From assembly GCA_045533585.1 (NCBI GenBank), contig JAZSIB010000071.1, forward strand, positions 1 to 40,764: DNA of 40,764 nucleotides. Direction: 5' to 3'. The translations under genes and the position numbers were made by a program. The DNA comes from Lachnospiraceae bacterium (lineage in GTDB: Bacteria > Bacillota > Clostridia > Lachnospirales > Lachnospiraceae). The notes below the pieces were generated by a model. It had not been told where the DNA came from, made no database searches, and saw nothing but the letters and a program-made list of their open reading frames with translations. Shown here piece by piece: positions 27,550 to 36,678 of this stretch (positions are counted from its first letter, which is position 1; each line of letters starts with the position of its first letter).

Positions 27550-29025
27550 TTAGATGATAATGCAAACCAGGCCACCGGTACTCTCGTTTACAATGCGTTT
27601 CATTGTTGTTTGCAGTTTATCACGGCTCTCTTCTGTCATTCGATTAATCTTTTCTGTAATTCCATCCTCTACTAATTGTTTCATGGTTTTTCCAAAGATA
27701 TTGATGTCCCAGATACCTTCCGGTAGTTCGCCGGTTATCTCCTGCATATAGCGAATCAGGTCGTTCGCCTGCTCTTCGCTCCCGACAATCGGTGCAATTT
27801 CTGTTTCAATATCCGTCTGTATCATATGAATCGAAGGTGCCGTTGCCCTGATCTTTACGCCGAATTTGTTCCCCTGTCGTATTACCTGCGGATCCTCCAA
27901 AGTAATTTCTTCTTTTACAGGCAGAACAATCCCATACCCCTTTTGAGCAACCTGTTCACATGCGCTGCTGACTTTTTGATATTCATTCTTCTTCGCCATC
28001 AGTTCTTTTATGATTCGTAAGAACTGCACCTCGCCCTCTATCGTTTCACCAATCAGATTACTGATGATTTCGTAGTAATATTTATTATCAATCATCAGTT
28101 CCACATCAACCAGACCGGTATCCATGGCTATCCGATTTACACGCATCTGTTTAATATACTGGCTTTCTGTCTCAAACGAAGTTTCCTTCACGTCCGTCAT
28201 GCAATGAATGTTTTTTACAAAAGCTCGCAATGTTTTTATAACATCTCGCTTGATATGATGTTCATTCGGTAAAATCTCCAACCACTGCGGGAACCAGAAA
28301 CTAATCTCCTTTACGGGAAAGCTTTCCAATAAAAGCTTCATTATCCTGTCAATATCCTCATGTTTCATCTGTTCACAGTTCACCGCAGTCACACGAACCT
28401 CATACTGCTCCTCTAACTGACGCACCAATTCTCGTGTATTTTCTGAATGCGGACGATTCGTGTTAAGAACAAGCACAAAAGGTTTTCCGAGTGCTTTTAA
28501 CTCCTGTATGGTTCTTTCTTCCGCAGCGATATAATTCTCTCTCTTTAACTCCCCGATACTCCCATCCGTAGTCACCACAACTGCAATTGTCGAATGATCG
28601 TTAATTACTTTTCTCGTTCCGATATCAGCAGCTTCTGAAAAAGGAATATCATAGTCAAACCACGGTGTATGTACCATTCGTTCTCTTTCATTTTCGATAT
28701 GACCAGAGGCTCCCTCAACCAAATATCCGACACAATCAATCATTCTGACAGAAAGTTCATCTTCAGCATCCAGCCGGATACTTACTGCATCCTTTGGAAT
28801 AAACTTCGGTTCGGTTGTCATAATTGTTTTTCCGGCAGCTGCCTGAGGAAGTTCATCCTGTGCCCGTATTCTCTCGTTCTCATCCAGAATCTGTGGTAAT
28901 ACCATCAGTTCCATAAATCTTCGTATGAAGGTTGATTTACCTGTACGAACGGGACCGACAACTCCAATATAAATTTCCCCATTGGTTCGCGCTTGTATGT
29001 CCTTATAAATCTGGAATTTATCCAT
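27550..29025 (-). CDS. spoIVA: Stage IV sporulation protein A (spore coat morphogenetic ATPase)
   Basis: Trimmed to MDKFQIYKDIQARTNGEIYIGVVGPVRTGKSTFIRRFME (GGGGG RBS). Collinear with Bacillus SpoIVA as I recall it, including DELPQAAAGKTIMTTEPKF and TPWFDYDIPF. Confidence 0.92.
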   Translation of the reverse strand: MDKFQIYKDIQARTNGEIYIGVVGPVRTGKSTFIRRFMELMVLPQILDENERIRAQDELPQAAAGKTIMTTEPKFIPKDAVSIRLDAEDELSVRMIDCVGYLVEGASGHIENERERMVHTPWFDYDIPFSEAADIGTRKVINDHSTIAVVVTTDGSIGELKRENYIAAEERTIQELKALGKPFVLVLNTNRPHSENTRELVRQLEEQYEVRVTAVNCEQMKHEDIDRIMKLLLESFPVKEISFWFPQWLEILPNEHHIKRDVIKTLRAFVKNIHCMTDVKETSFETESQYIKQMRVNRIAMDTGLVDVELMIDNKYYYEIISNLIGETIEGEVQFLRIIKELMAKKNEYQKVSSACEQVAQKGYGIVLPVKEEITLEDPQVIRQGNKFGVKIRATAPSIHMIQTDIETEIAPIVGSEEQANDLIRYMQEITGELPEGIWDINIFGKTMKQLVEDGITEKINRMTEESRDKLQTTMKRIVNESTGGLVCIII

Positions 29026-29091
29026 AAAAAACCCCCTGTATAAAATGAGCGTACTAATTACTATCATTCTATGCAGGGGATAGTTTATTTA

Positions 29092-30099
29092 TCACCATGT
29101 AAAATTATTTGATTCATGTGTTTTGTCGCGAAGCAGCAAGTCCGCTACTGCGTCTTTTGCAGATTTTCCGTCAAACAAAATGTGATTTACCTGCTCTACA
29201 ATCGGCATCTCAACATCGTATTTTTTGGCAAGAGCCAGTGCAGCCTTAGCGGAATACACACCTTCTACTACCTGAGCAACTTTATCCATGGCATCCTTTA
29301 CCGACATACCCTGTCCGATATAGTAGCCCGCATTACGGTTACGGCTATGAATACTGGAGCAGGTAACAATCAGGTCACCAATACCGGATAATCCTGCAAA
29401 TGTCTCGACACGACCGCCCATCTTTACACCAAGCCGACTGATCTCTGCAATTCCGCGCGTCATCAAAGCCGCTTTTGTATTGTCACCAAATCCAAGTCCA
29501 TCTGCCATACCGGCAGCAAGTGCAATCACATTTTTCAGTGACCCGCCAAGTTCAATGCCGATAACATCAGGACTTGTATAAACACGGAAAGACTCTGACA
29601 TAAAAGCATCCTGAATCATCGTTGCCGTTTTCAGACTTTTGGCTCCGACAACACAAGTAGTCGGTATCAGTCTGCTTACTTCTTCCGCATGACTTGGTCC
29701 GGATAATACCGCAACATCTGCCGTAGGTATTTCATCCGAAATAATCTCAGTTAAAGTATAAAGCGTTGCTTCTTCAATACCTTTACCTACATTTACGATT
29801 ACCTGTCCGGGTTTTACGAATTGAGCCACGGTATGTGCTGTTTCTCTGGTATAAGGAGAAGCCACTGCAGATACAATGATATCCGGTTCCACCAAAGCTT
29901 CCTGTATCTCATAAGTTAATTGGATATTTTCTGGCAATACTGAGTCCGGAAGATTCGGTATTTTGGTTCTGTCAGCACGCAATGCTTCAATCTCGCGTTG
30001 CAGCTTTGACCAAAGAATCACATCATGTCCGTTATTTGATAATAAAATGGCAAGTGCAGTTCCCCATGTTCCTGCACCAAGTACACTAATCTTCAACAC
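29092..30099 (-). CDS. gpsA: NAD(P)H-dependent glycerol-3-phosphate dehydrogenase
   Basis: Rossmann motif VLGAGTWGTALA and GSLKNVIALAAG. GTG start with AAGGAG upstream. Confidence 0.92.
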   Translation of the reverse strand: MLKISVLGAGTWGTALAILLSNNGHDVILWSKLQREIEALRADRTKIPNLPDSVLPENIQLTYEIQEALVEPDIIVSAVASPYTRETAHTVAQFVKPGQVIVNVGKGIEEATLYTLTEIISDEIPTADVAVLSGPSHAEEVSRLIPTTCVVGAKSLKTATMIQDAFMSESFRVYTSPDVIGIELGGSLKNVIALAAGMADGLGFGDNTKAALMTRGIAEISRLGVKMGGRVETFAGLSGIGDLIVTCSSIHSRNRNAGYYIGQGMSVKDAMDKVAQVVEGVYSAKAALALAKKYDVEMPIVEQVNHILFDGKSAKDAVADLLLRDKTHESNNFTW

Positions 30100-30108
30100 A
30101 TTACTCCT

Positions 30109-30777
30109 TTACTTTGTTTTTTCTACCAATGGCGGCTTATGCTGACCGATTTTATTTTCCGTACCATGCAGTAATCGCACAATATTGGCTCTATGCTGCC
30201 AAAGAGCCAACAAAACATAAAATGCAATAACAATTAGATACGATATCTTAAAATCATAGTATATCATCATCCAGGTTCCGGCAAAGAGAATGGCACAAAT
30301 AGAGGCCAATGAAATATATTTTGATATGAGGGAAATAAGAACAAACATAATTAAGGCAAATACTGCAATCTTTGGAACAACTGCAATAAATACACCGGAT
30401 GTTACAGCAATTCCTTTCCCACCTTTAAACTTTAACCATACAGGAAAATTATGTCCAAGTACAACACCGAGACCAAGAATCAGGCAGACCAAATCAGCAT
30501 CCGGGTTCCCGGACAACACAAAGAACTTTGCAAGAAGAATCGGAATCACTGCCTTTAAGCAGTCGCCAAGATAGGTAATGATTCCTGCTTTCTTTCCAAG
30601 TGTACGCATTGCATTGGTAGTGCCTGCATTGCCGCTTCCATATGCCCGGATATCAATATGATTTGCTTTCCCGACAACATAAGCAGTCGAAAAACATCCG
30701 AAGAGATATCCGATGAAAAGTGCTGATACAGCTAATACATAAATATTCTCAAGCATAACAATCATGCTTCCTTTCAT
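30109..30777 (-). CDS. plsY: Glycerol-3-phosphate acyltransferase PlsY
   Basis: GSGNAGTTN motif and HNFPVWLKFKGGKG. The likely true start is the ATG at 30756 (MLENIY, AAAGGAAG upstream). Confidence 0.9.
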   Translation of the reverse strand: MKGSMIVMLENIYVLAVSALFIGYLFGCFSTAYVVGKANHIDIRAYGSGNAGTTNAMRTLGKKAGIITYLGDCLKAVIPILLAKFFVLSGNPDADLVCLILGLGVVLGHNFPVWLKFKGGKGIAVTSGVFIAVVPKIAVFALIMFVLISLISKYISLASICAILFAGTWMMIYYDFKISYLIVIAFYVLLALWQHRANIVRLLHGTENKIGQHKPPLVEKTK

Positions 30778-30788
30778 TTACGGTATAG

Positions 30789-32126
30789 TTACACACCGTT
30801 TTCATTTTCGTTCCGTTCACGAATAATAAATTTCAAAGAAGTACCGGAGAAGCCAAACGCCTCACGAATTTTATTTTCAATATATCGTGTGTAAGAGAAA
30901 TGCATCAATTGTTTGTTGTTAACAAAAATAACAAAGGTAGGCGGCTTTACCGCAACCTGTGTAATGTAATACAAACGAAGTCGTTTTCCCTTATCCGACG
31001 GTGGCTGCTGTAAGGTAGTCGCTTCCATCAGAATCTCATTCAACACACCGGTCTTGATACGAAGGTTTTGGTTCTGGATAACCGTTTCGATCGAATCAAA
31101 CAATTTATTCAGTCGTTGTCCCGTCAATGCTGAGATGAAGATAACTTCAGCATAAGGAACGAAGGAAAGAATTTCTCTGATTTTTTCTGTATAACGATAA
31201 ATCGTCTTATCATCCTTCTCAATCGCATCCCATTTGTTTACTGCAATGATTACACCTTTACCGCGGTCATGTGCGATACCGGTAATCTTTGCATCCTGTT
31301 CGGTAACACCTTCCTGCGCATCAATAACCAGCACAACAACATCAGCACGTTCCACTGCAGATACCGTTCGTACAGTCATAAAATGTTCAATTTCTTCTTT
31401 TACTTTACTCTTTCTTCTTAATCCTGCAGTATCAATGAATACATACTCTTTGTCATTGTACGTAACCGCAGTATCAATGGCATCACGGGTCGTACCGGCA
31501 ATATCCGATACAATTACTCTGTTCTCACCGGTCAGTCGGTTAATAATCGAAGACTTACCGACATTCGGTTTTCCGACAATTGCGATACGAGGACGGTCAT
31601 CTTCCTCTTCTTCCTGATTGTTTTTATCAAAATATTTAACGACCTCATCCAGCATATCCCCCAACCCCAGCATAGATGCGGATGATATCGGGAATGGCTC
31701 CCCTATGCCGAGATTATAGAATTCGTACACATCTGCCTGGAATTTCTGGAAGCTGTCCACTTTGTTAACAACAAGAATTACAGGTTTTTTTGAGCGTCGC
31801 AGCATGTCCGCTACCCGCGCATCGTCATCCACCAGTCCCTGCCGTACATCAACCAAAAAGATAATAACATCTGCAGAATGAATGGCAATCTCAGCCTGCT
31901 CTCTCATATATGAAAGCATCTTATCTTTTGTGGTTGGTTCAATACCACCGGTATCAATCAAGGTAAATTGATGATTCAACCATGTCACGTCTGCATAGAT
32001 ACGGTCTCTGGTAATACCGGGTTCGTCCTTTACAATGGAAATTCTTTCACCTGCAAGCGCATTAAACAATGTGGATTTTCCAACATTGGGGCGTCCTACA
32101 ATGGCTACAATTGGCTTTTTATTCAT
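30789..32126 (-). CDS. der: Ribosome biogenesis GTPase Der (EngA)
   Basis: Tandem G domains (GRPNVGKST and GKPNVGKSS, each with DTGG/DTAG and NKVD/NKWD) plus a KH-like C-terminus. Confidence 0.95.
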   Translation of the reverse strand: MNKKPIVAIVGRPNVGKSTLFNALAGERISIVKDEPGITRDRIYADVTWLNHQFTLIDTGGIEPTTKDKMLSYMREQAEIAIHSADVIIFLVDVRQGLVDDDARVADMLRRSKKPVILVVNKVDSFQKFQADVYEFYNLGIGEPFPISSASMLGLGDMLDEVVKYFDKNNQEEEEDDRPRIAIVGKPNVGKSSIINRLTGENRVIVSDIAGTTRDAIDTAVTYNDKEYVFIDTAGLRRKSKVKEEIEHFMTVRTVSAVERADVVVLVIDAQEGVTEQDAKITGIAHDRGKGVIIAVNKWDAIEKDDKTIYRYTEKIREILSFVPYAEVIFISALTGQRLNKLFDSIETVIQNQNLRIKTGVLNEILMEATTLQQPPSDKGKRLRLYYITQVAVKPPTFVIFVNNKQLMHFSYTRYIENKIREAFGFSGTSLKFIIRERNENENGV

Positions 32127-32176
32127 AATAACACCTTATATATTTCATATTTACCTGATAAACGCACTTCTTGTTG

Positions 32177-32205
32177 ATTGTACAATACCGCTTCACGTTT
32201 GTAAA
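32177..32205 (-). promoter_or_regulatory. Candidate promoter of der-plsY-gpsA
   Basis: Minus strand reads TTTACA (32205-32200), 17-nt spacer, TACAAT (32182-32177). Confidence 0.5.
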
Positions 32206-32229
32206 GCCTTTTCAAGGATTGATTTTCCA

Positions 32230-33060
32230 TCACCGGATTGCCAAAAAAGAAGCTAAAGTTCCCCGTTTTCCTTGCGTTACCCTATGTGAAAAAAGCAAAT
32301 CAGAATTACAGGATGTACAAAGTCTGCTTTGTGTAATTGAAGATTCTTTCAGTCCTGCTTCTAAGAGAGTCTGCGTAATTGCTTCCGACAGATCAATATG
32401 CGGTTTACCTCCTGTATCTGAAGAATTTTTCACATACGAAATCTGTTGAAACACTTTATTGCCAAATTCAGTTCGAAAGTTTTCTGCCACTTCTTCTCCT
32501 ACTTCATAACAATCACTGCAAATGCAAGGCCCGGTTACAGCAATCATATCAGACGGCTCACTGTCATATGTCTCTTGCATACAGCGCACCGTCTTAGCAG
32601 CAATTCGTTGTACCGTCCCTCTCCAACCGGAGTGTACAAGTCCGATTGCTCGCTTTACCGGATCTACCAGAAAAACAGGAACACAGTCTGCGGTAAGAAT
32701 GGTCAACGTCAAACCGGCCTCATTAGTAACAAGTGCATCAATTTCATCATAATCACGTTCTCTGTTAAAGCCTTTTCCTCTGTCCATTGCCGTAACAATA
32801 CGTGTTTTGTCCTTATGTGTCTGTTTTGCGTGCACTACAGATTCCGGTTCTACGCCAATCGCCGCACAAATCCTTTTATAATTTTCATACACTGCCTCCG
32901 GTTGGTCACCGTTCTGAAAGCCAAGATTCATGGTACTGTGAATCCCTGTGCTGACACCGCCACGACGTGTCGAACAGCCATGACACAGCCAATCAAATCC
33001 CTCCAATGCAGGGAATGATATATAGGGTGTCCTGTCTGTATTGAGTCTGTAAGTTTCCAT
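32230..33060 (-). CDS. pgeF: Peptidoglycan editing factor PgeF (YfiH/DUF152 laccase-domain protein)
   Basis: Motifs HGCSTRRGGVS, KQTHKDK, DALVTNE, ADCVPVF and HSGWRGT. Confidence 0.85.
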   Translation of the reverse strand: METYRLNTDRTPYISFPALEGFDWLCHGCSTRRGGVSTGIHSTMNLGFQNGDQPEAVYENYKRICAAIGVEPESVVHAKQTHKDKTRIVTAMDRGKGFNRERDYDEIDALVTNEAGLTLTILTADCVPVFLVDPVKRAIGLVHSGWRGTVQRIAAKTVRCMQETYDSEPSDMIAVTGPCICSDCYEVGEEVAENFRTEFGNKVFQQISYVKNSSDTGGKPHIDLSEAITQTLLEAGLKESSITQSRLCTSCNSDLLFSHRVTQGKRGTLASFLAIR

Positions 33061-33109
33061 ATTTTTTCATCTACTCCCAAAAAACTTATAAAAATCACAT
33101 TAACACAAA

Positions 33110-33496
33110 TTAATACTGAAAAGAAAAAGCATCCCTTAACAGCGATACTTCTTCACCAACTATTGATATTACGTCAAAACGTACCGGCGTTGCATCCGAC
33201 AGGTAATGTGTCTGAAGATAAAACAACGCTGTCTTACAGATGCGTTTGATTTTCACCGGACTGATTGCTTCAAAAGGATGACCGGAAGAGATATCTTTTC
33301 TTCGCTTCACCTCAATAAAACAAAGATAGTGCTTCTCTCTTGCAATAATATCAATCTCTCCCTGCCTACAGCGAAAATTTTTCATCACAATCTGATAACC
33401 TGCATGTTCCAGATACGCTGCTGCAAGTTCTTCTCCCTTATCACCATAAGATTTCTTATATCGTTTCTGTTCCAACTCAACTCCTGTTATACTCAT
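33110..33496 (-). CDS. yraN: YraN family protein (UPF0102, endonuclease-like)
   Basis: GEELAAAYLEHAGYQIVMKNFRCRQGEIDIIA...FIEVKRR motif. Overlaps the ylqH stop by 20 nt. Confidence 0.8.
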   Translation of the reverse strand: MSITGVELEQKRYKKSYGDKGEELAAAYLEHAGYQIVMKNFRCRQGEIDIIAREKHYLCFIEVKRRKDISSGHPFEAISPVKIKRICKTALFYLQTHYLSDATPVRFDVISIVGEEVSLLRDAFSFQY

Positions 33497-33788
33497 CTTC
33501 CTTTGCCTTTATTCGGTCCATACGGTCAACAAATAAAAGCACTTCCGCAACTACCTGATATAATTCTTTTGGGATATAGTCTCCGATTTCAAGTTTGGAC
33601 AATGACTGAGCAAGACGGTCATCTTTATGAACCGGAACATCAGATTCCTTTGCTTTTTCAATAATCTTTTCAGCAAGAAATCCTTTTCCGGACGCTATAA
33701 TTTTCGGAGCTTCATCACTTGGATTGTATTCTAACGCTACCGCAGTCTTTGGTTTTCTGTGTTTTTCATCAATAAGAGAATCTTTCAT
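33477..33788 (-). CDS. ylqH: FlhB C-terminal-domain-like protein (EscU/YscU/HrcU family, YlqH-like)
   Basis: Trimmed to the ATG at 33788 (AGGAG RBS, after the rnhB stop). Sequence AVALEYNPSDEAPKIIASGKGFLAEKIIEKAKESDVPVHKDDRLAQSL...IPKELYQVVAEVLLFV matches the FlhB C-domain pattern. The rbgA-rnhB-ylqH order matches Bacillus. Confidence 0.75.
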   Translation of the reverse strand: MKDSLIDEKHRKPKTAVALEYNPSDEAPKIIASGKGFLAEKIIEKAKESDVPVHKDDRLAQSLSKLEIGDYIPKELYQVVAEVLLFVDRMDRIKAKEDEYNRS

Positions 33789-33811
33789 ATGTCTCCTGCT
33801 TTCGCATTTAC

Positions 33812-34504
33812 TTATTTGTCGGAAAGAATATTTTTGATGAAACTTCTTCTGTGAATCGGACACGGTCCAAACTGTCGCAATGCTTCCATATGTGCTGCCG
33901 AGCCATAACCCTTGTTTGAAGCAAAACCATACTGCGGATAAATCTTATCGTACTCTTCCATCAGATGATCCCTTGTAACTTTTGCTATGATACTTGCTGC
34001 AGCAATGGATACACTTTTCGCATCTCCTTTGATAATCGGTACCTGTCGGATATCAAGTCCGTTGATTGTCTCTGCGTCTACAAGCACAATTCCCGGCTGT
34101 AGCTCCAGATTCTGTACCGCCTGAAGCATCGCTTTTCTGGTTGCCTGTTTAATATTCAATGCATCAATCTCTTCGGGAGTACAGCTTCCGATACCGATTG
34201 CCAATGCCTTTTCGCTGATTTCAAGAAAAAGTTCTTCTCTCTTTTTTTCGGACAATTTCTTGGAATCATTGATATATAATATCTCACAATCTTTTGGCAA
34301 TATAACTGCTGCTGTAAATACAGGCCCGGCGAGCGGACCACGTCCTACCTCATCCACACCGCAAATCAGCTCATAATCCGCATATTTTTCTTCATATATG
34401 CGCATTTCTTTGAGGCGTTCCCGTTCTTTTTCCAGTTTAAGGCGTGCTTTTTCTGCCATAAGAAGTCGTTTTTCTTCTGCTTTTGTCAGCTTCTTCTCTT
34501 CCAT
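33812..34504 (-). CDS. rnhB: Ribonuclease HII
   Basis: Catalytic motifs GVDEVGRGPLAGPV and DSKKLS, preceded by a Lys/Glu-rich N-terminal extension. Confidence 0.92.
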   Translation of the reverse strand: MEEKKLTKAEEKRLLMAEKARLKLEKERERLKEMRIYEEKYADYELICGVDEVGRGPLAGPVFTAAVILPKDCEILYINDSKKLSEKKREELFLEISEKALAIGIGSCTPEEIDALNIKQATRKAMLQAVQNLELQPGIVLVDAETINGLDIRQVPIIKGDAKSVSIAAASIIAKVTRDHLMEEYDKIYPQYGFASNKGYGSAAHMEALRQFGPCPIHRRSFIKNILSDK

Positions 34505-34526
34505 GTTTTATCCTTATCCGTTTATA

Positions 34527-35453
34527 TCAATTTGTTCTGTCTTCCGGTTTTTCCGCTGTGATTTTTCCGATTCTTCCATTCTTAAAATCATCCATGACAA
34601 AGATGGCAACACGATTGGTATCCGGTACACCGCCTTTTAATAAGCATGCACGCTTGATTGCAATCTGCAGAATCATCTCTTCTCCGCTTTCACATTCTTC
34701 AATTCCGTATTTGCTATTCAAGATTCCCGGATAATTTTGATACAGATATTCACAAAGCTTCACCGCAAGGTCATATGGATTCAGAATATCCTCATTGATG
34801 GAACCGATCCATGCAATTCGTAACCCAACCTGCTGGTCTTCAAACTTCGGCCACAACACGCCGGGAGTATCCAGCAGTTCTACATTTTTATTCAGACGAA
34901 TCCACTGTTTTCCTTTTGTCACGCCGGGTTTGTTTCCTGTTTTTGCACACGCTTTTCCTGCAAAACTATTAATAAAGGTTGACTTTCCGACATTCGGAAT
35001 TCCTACAATCATCGCACGTATCGGTCGGTTCAATATGCCTTTTGCTCTATCCTTTGCAATCTTCTCAGCACAAACCTTTAATACTAATTCATTGATTGCC
35101 TTTATACCGCTACCGGTTTTGGAATTGATGATGGCAACTGCATATCCGATACCCTCATAGTGCTCTTTCCACTGCTTGGTCAGCCTATCATCTGCCATAT
35201 CGGATTTGTTCAGCAGAATCACTCTTTTTTTATTCTCAGCCAGCTTATCGATATCCGGATTCTTACTGCTGTACGGGATTCTGGCATCAATCAACTCAAT
35301 CACAACATCAATTAACTTGATATCCTCTTTCATCTGGCGCAGTGCCTTGGTCATATGACCTGGATACCAGTTGATGCTCGTCGATGATAAACTTTTTGTA
35401 TCTTCATTCATTTTTTTGTTTTTTCTCATCTCTCTTTTTTGATACATATCCAT
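34527..35453 (-). CDS. rbgA: Ribosome biogenesis GTPase A (YlqF/RbgA), circularly permuted GTPase
   Basis: INWYPGHMTKA, then G4 NKSD before G1 GIPNVGKST and G3 DTPG. The ATG at 35453 has AGGAAG 8 nt upstream. The ORF-track start at 35462 is a GTG. Confidence 0.9.
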   Translation of the reverse strand: MDMYQKREMRKNKKMNEDTKSLSSTSINWYPGHMTKALRQMKEDIKLIDVVIELIDARIPYSSKNPDIDKLAENKKRVILLNKSDMADDRLTKQWKEHYEGIGYAVAIINSKTGSGIKAINELVLKVCAEKIAKDRAKGILNRPIRAMIVGIPNVGKSTFINSFAGKACAKTGNKPGVTKGKQWIRLNKNVELLDTPGVLWPKFEDQQVGLRIAWIGSINEDILNPYDLAVKLCEYLYQNYPGILNSKYGIEECESGEEMILQIAIKRACLLKGGVPDTNRVAIFVMDDFKNGRIGKITAEKPEDRTN

Positions 35454-35579
35454 TTTTATCACTTCCTATCCTTTAATTCTTCTTTTGATAAACGAAGATA
35501 CGCTGCTACTTTATAACTCATTAATCTACTTTTTGCGAAACTACTTATTATTTTTGTTTTCCTTAAGTCGTTTCTCTTC

Positions 35580-36245
35580 TTATTCACCGCTTTCCGGCAC
35601 AAATCCAAACGGTGTCGGAGTTGGACGTACATAATCTTTGTTTGACTTATTGATAAATGTAAATGGACTTATGCGTATCCATGCCATTCCAACAATATCG
35701 TCTTTTACAACATTGCCAACGGTAGAAAAACGGCTGTCTTCACTACTGTTACGATTATCTCCCAGAACAAAATACTCATCCTCGTCTAACGTGATCGATT
35801 CCGCAGCAAAACCTGCTAACTGCATCGGCTCTACAGGATAGGGTTCCAACAACATAATCTCATCCCCGGAATTACCATCTTTAATATATATCTCACCATC
35901 CCGTATCTGAATTGTTTCACCCGGTAAAGCAATCACACGCTTAATATCATAAAACATATGCTCATCACCGCCCTGCCGAAATACAATTACGTCATATCGT
36001 TCAGGTAATTTATTGAGAAATGCAAGCTTATTGATAATAATCGTGTCACCTTCGGATAAGGTTTCTTCCATAGAACTGTCAAGGACATCCGTTTGTTCCA
36101 CAGTATATGCAACCAATATATATGCAAGTAAAATAACAGCAGCAATCTCCGCCACCCAGCGTAATACACCGAGAAAAAATCCTGCTATTTTTTTATTCCG
36201 TTCCTGTTTTTCAAAATCATAATCAAAGTTATATTTTTTATTCAT
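35580..36245 (-). CDS. lepB: Signal peptidase I
   Basis: N-terminal TM. Catalytic Ser box DSSMEETL, Lys box IKRVIALPGE and GDNRNSSEDSR. Confidence 0.9.
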   Translation of the reverse strand: MNKKYNFDYDFEKQERNKKIAGFFLGVLRWVAEIAAVILLAYILVAYTVEQTDVLDSSMEETLSEGDTIIINKLAFLNKLPERYDVIVFRQGGDEHMFYDIKRVIALPGETIQIRDGEIYIKDGNSGDEIMLLEPYPVEPMQLAGFAAESITLDEDEYFVLGDNRNSSEDSRFSTVGNVVKDDIVGMAWIRISPFTFINKSNKDYVRPTPTPFGFVPESGE

Positions 36246-36295
36246 TTTTATTCCAGACTCTTATTTTTCATAATAACACAATAATCCGTATTGAT

Positions 36296-36327
36296 AAAAA
36301 CCCTCAATCAATATGATTGAGGGTTTT
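36296..36327 (-). terminator. Rho-independent terminator after rpsU
   Basis: 10-bp stem CCCTCAATCA / TGATTGAGGG (36301-36323) flanked by an A-run and a T-run. The minus strand reads stem then TTTTTAT. Confidence 0.7.
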
Positions 36328-36334
36328 CAGATTG

Positions 36335-36511
36335 TTATTTAAACTTACGCTTACGAGCTGCTTCAGACTTTTTCTTACGTCTTACGCTCGGCTTCTCGTA
36401 GTGCTCTCTCTTGCGGATCTCCTGCTGGATACCTGCTTTCGCGCAGTTTCTCTTGAATCTGCGGAGAGCGCTATCTAATGTCTCGTTTTCTTTTACGATT
36501 ACATTTGACAT
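36335..36511 (-). CDS. rpsU: 30S ribosomal protein S21
   Basis: Trimmed to [58 protein letters not shown] (58 aa), a canonical S21. The upstream 24 codons of the ORF lie in the leader, downstream of the predicted -10. Confidence 0.93.
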   Translation of the reverse strand: MSNVIVKENETLDSALRRFKRNCAKAGIQQEIRKREHYEKPSVRRKKKSEAARKRKFK

Positions 36512-36589
36512 AGTCTCACACCTAACCTCCCTCCAGTTGTGTATTGTGCGTATACAACTGTTTGGGTAAAATTTGAATAGCACTTGTTT

Positions 36590-36617
36590 ATTATAGCATA
36601 GTTTGATGTTTCGTCAA
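36590..36617 (-). promoter_or_regulatory. Promoter of rpsU
   Basis: Minus strand reads TTGACG (36617-36612), 16-nt spacer, TGc-TATAAT (36595-36590). An A-tract lies directly upstream of the -35. Confidence 0.6.
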
Positions 36618-36678
36618 CTGTTTTTTTACTATAATTGAAATTTTTTACTGTCATTCAAATTTTACTGTAACATCAACA

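Noticed and set aside
32446-33018. 190-aa + strand ORF, plus a nested 76-aa ORF
   Set aside because: They are antisense to pgeF, which has full YfiH motifs. There is no RBS and the composition is odd.
33110-33863. Two small overlapping genes (ylqH/yraN) that look superficially like a toxin-antitoxin pair
   Set aside because: Both belong to conserved housekeeping-associated families (FlhB-C-like YlqH and UPF0102 YraN) in the conserved rbgA-rnhB-ylqH arrangement. Neither has toxin or antitoxin motifs. The 75-nt ORF extension of ylqH merely overlaps rnhB.
35506-35546. Three direct CTACTT repeats (35506, 35526, 35541) between lepB and rbgA
   Set aside because: The hexamer is short and AT-rich, the spacing is irregular (20 and 15 nt), and there is no palindromic partner or adjacent regulator. 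This is compatible with chance in AT-rich intergenic DNA.
36512-36583. 24-codon N-terminal extension of rpsU ([24 protein letters not shown])
   Set aside because: S21 proteins are about 58 aa and begin at MSNVIV-like sequence. The extension lies in the leader just downstream of the predicted -10.
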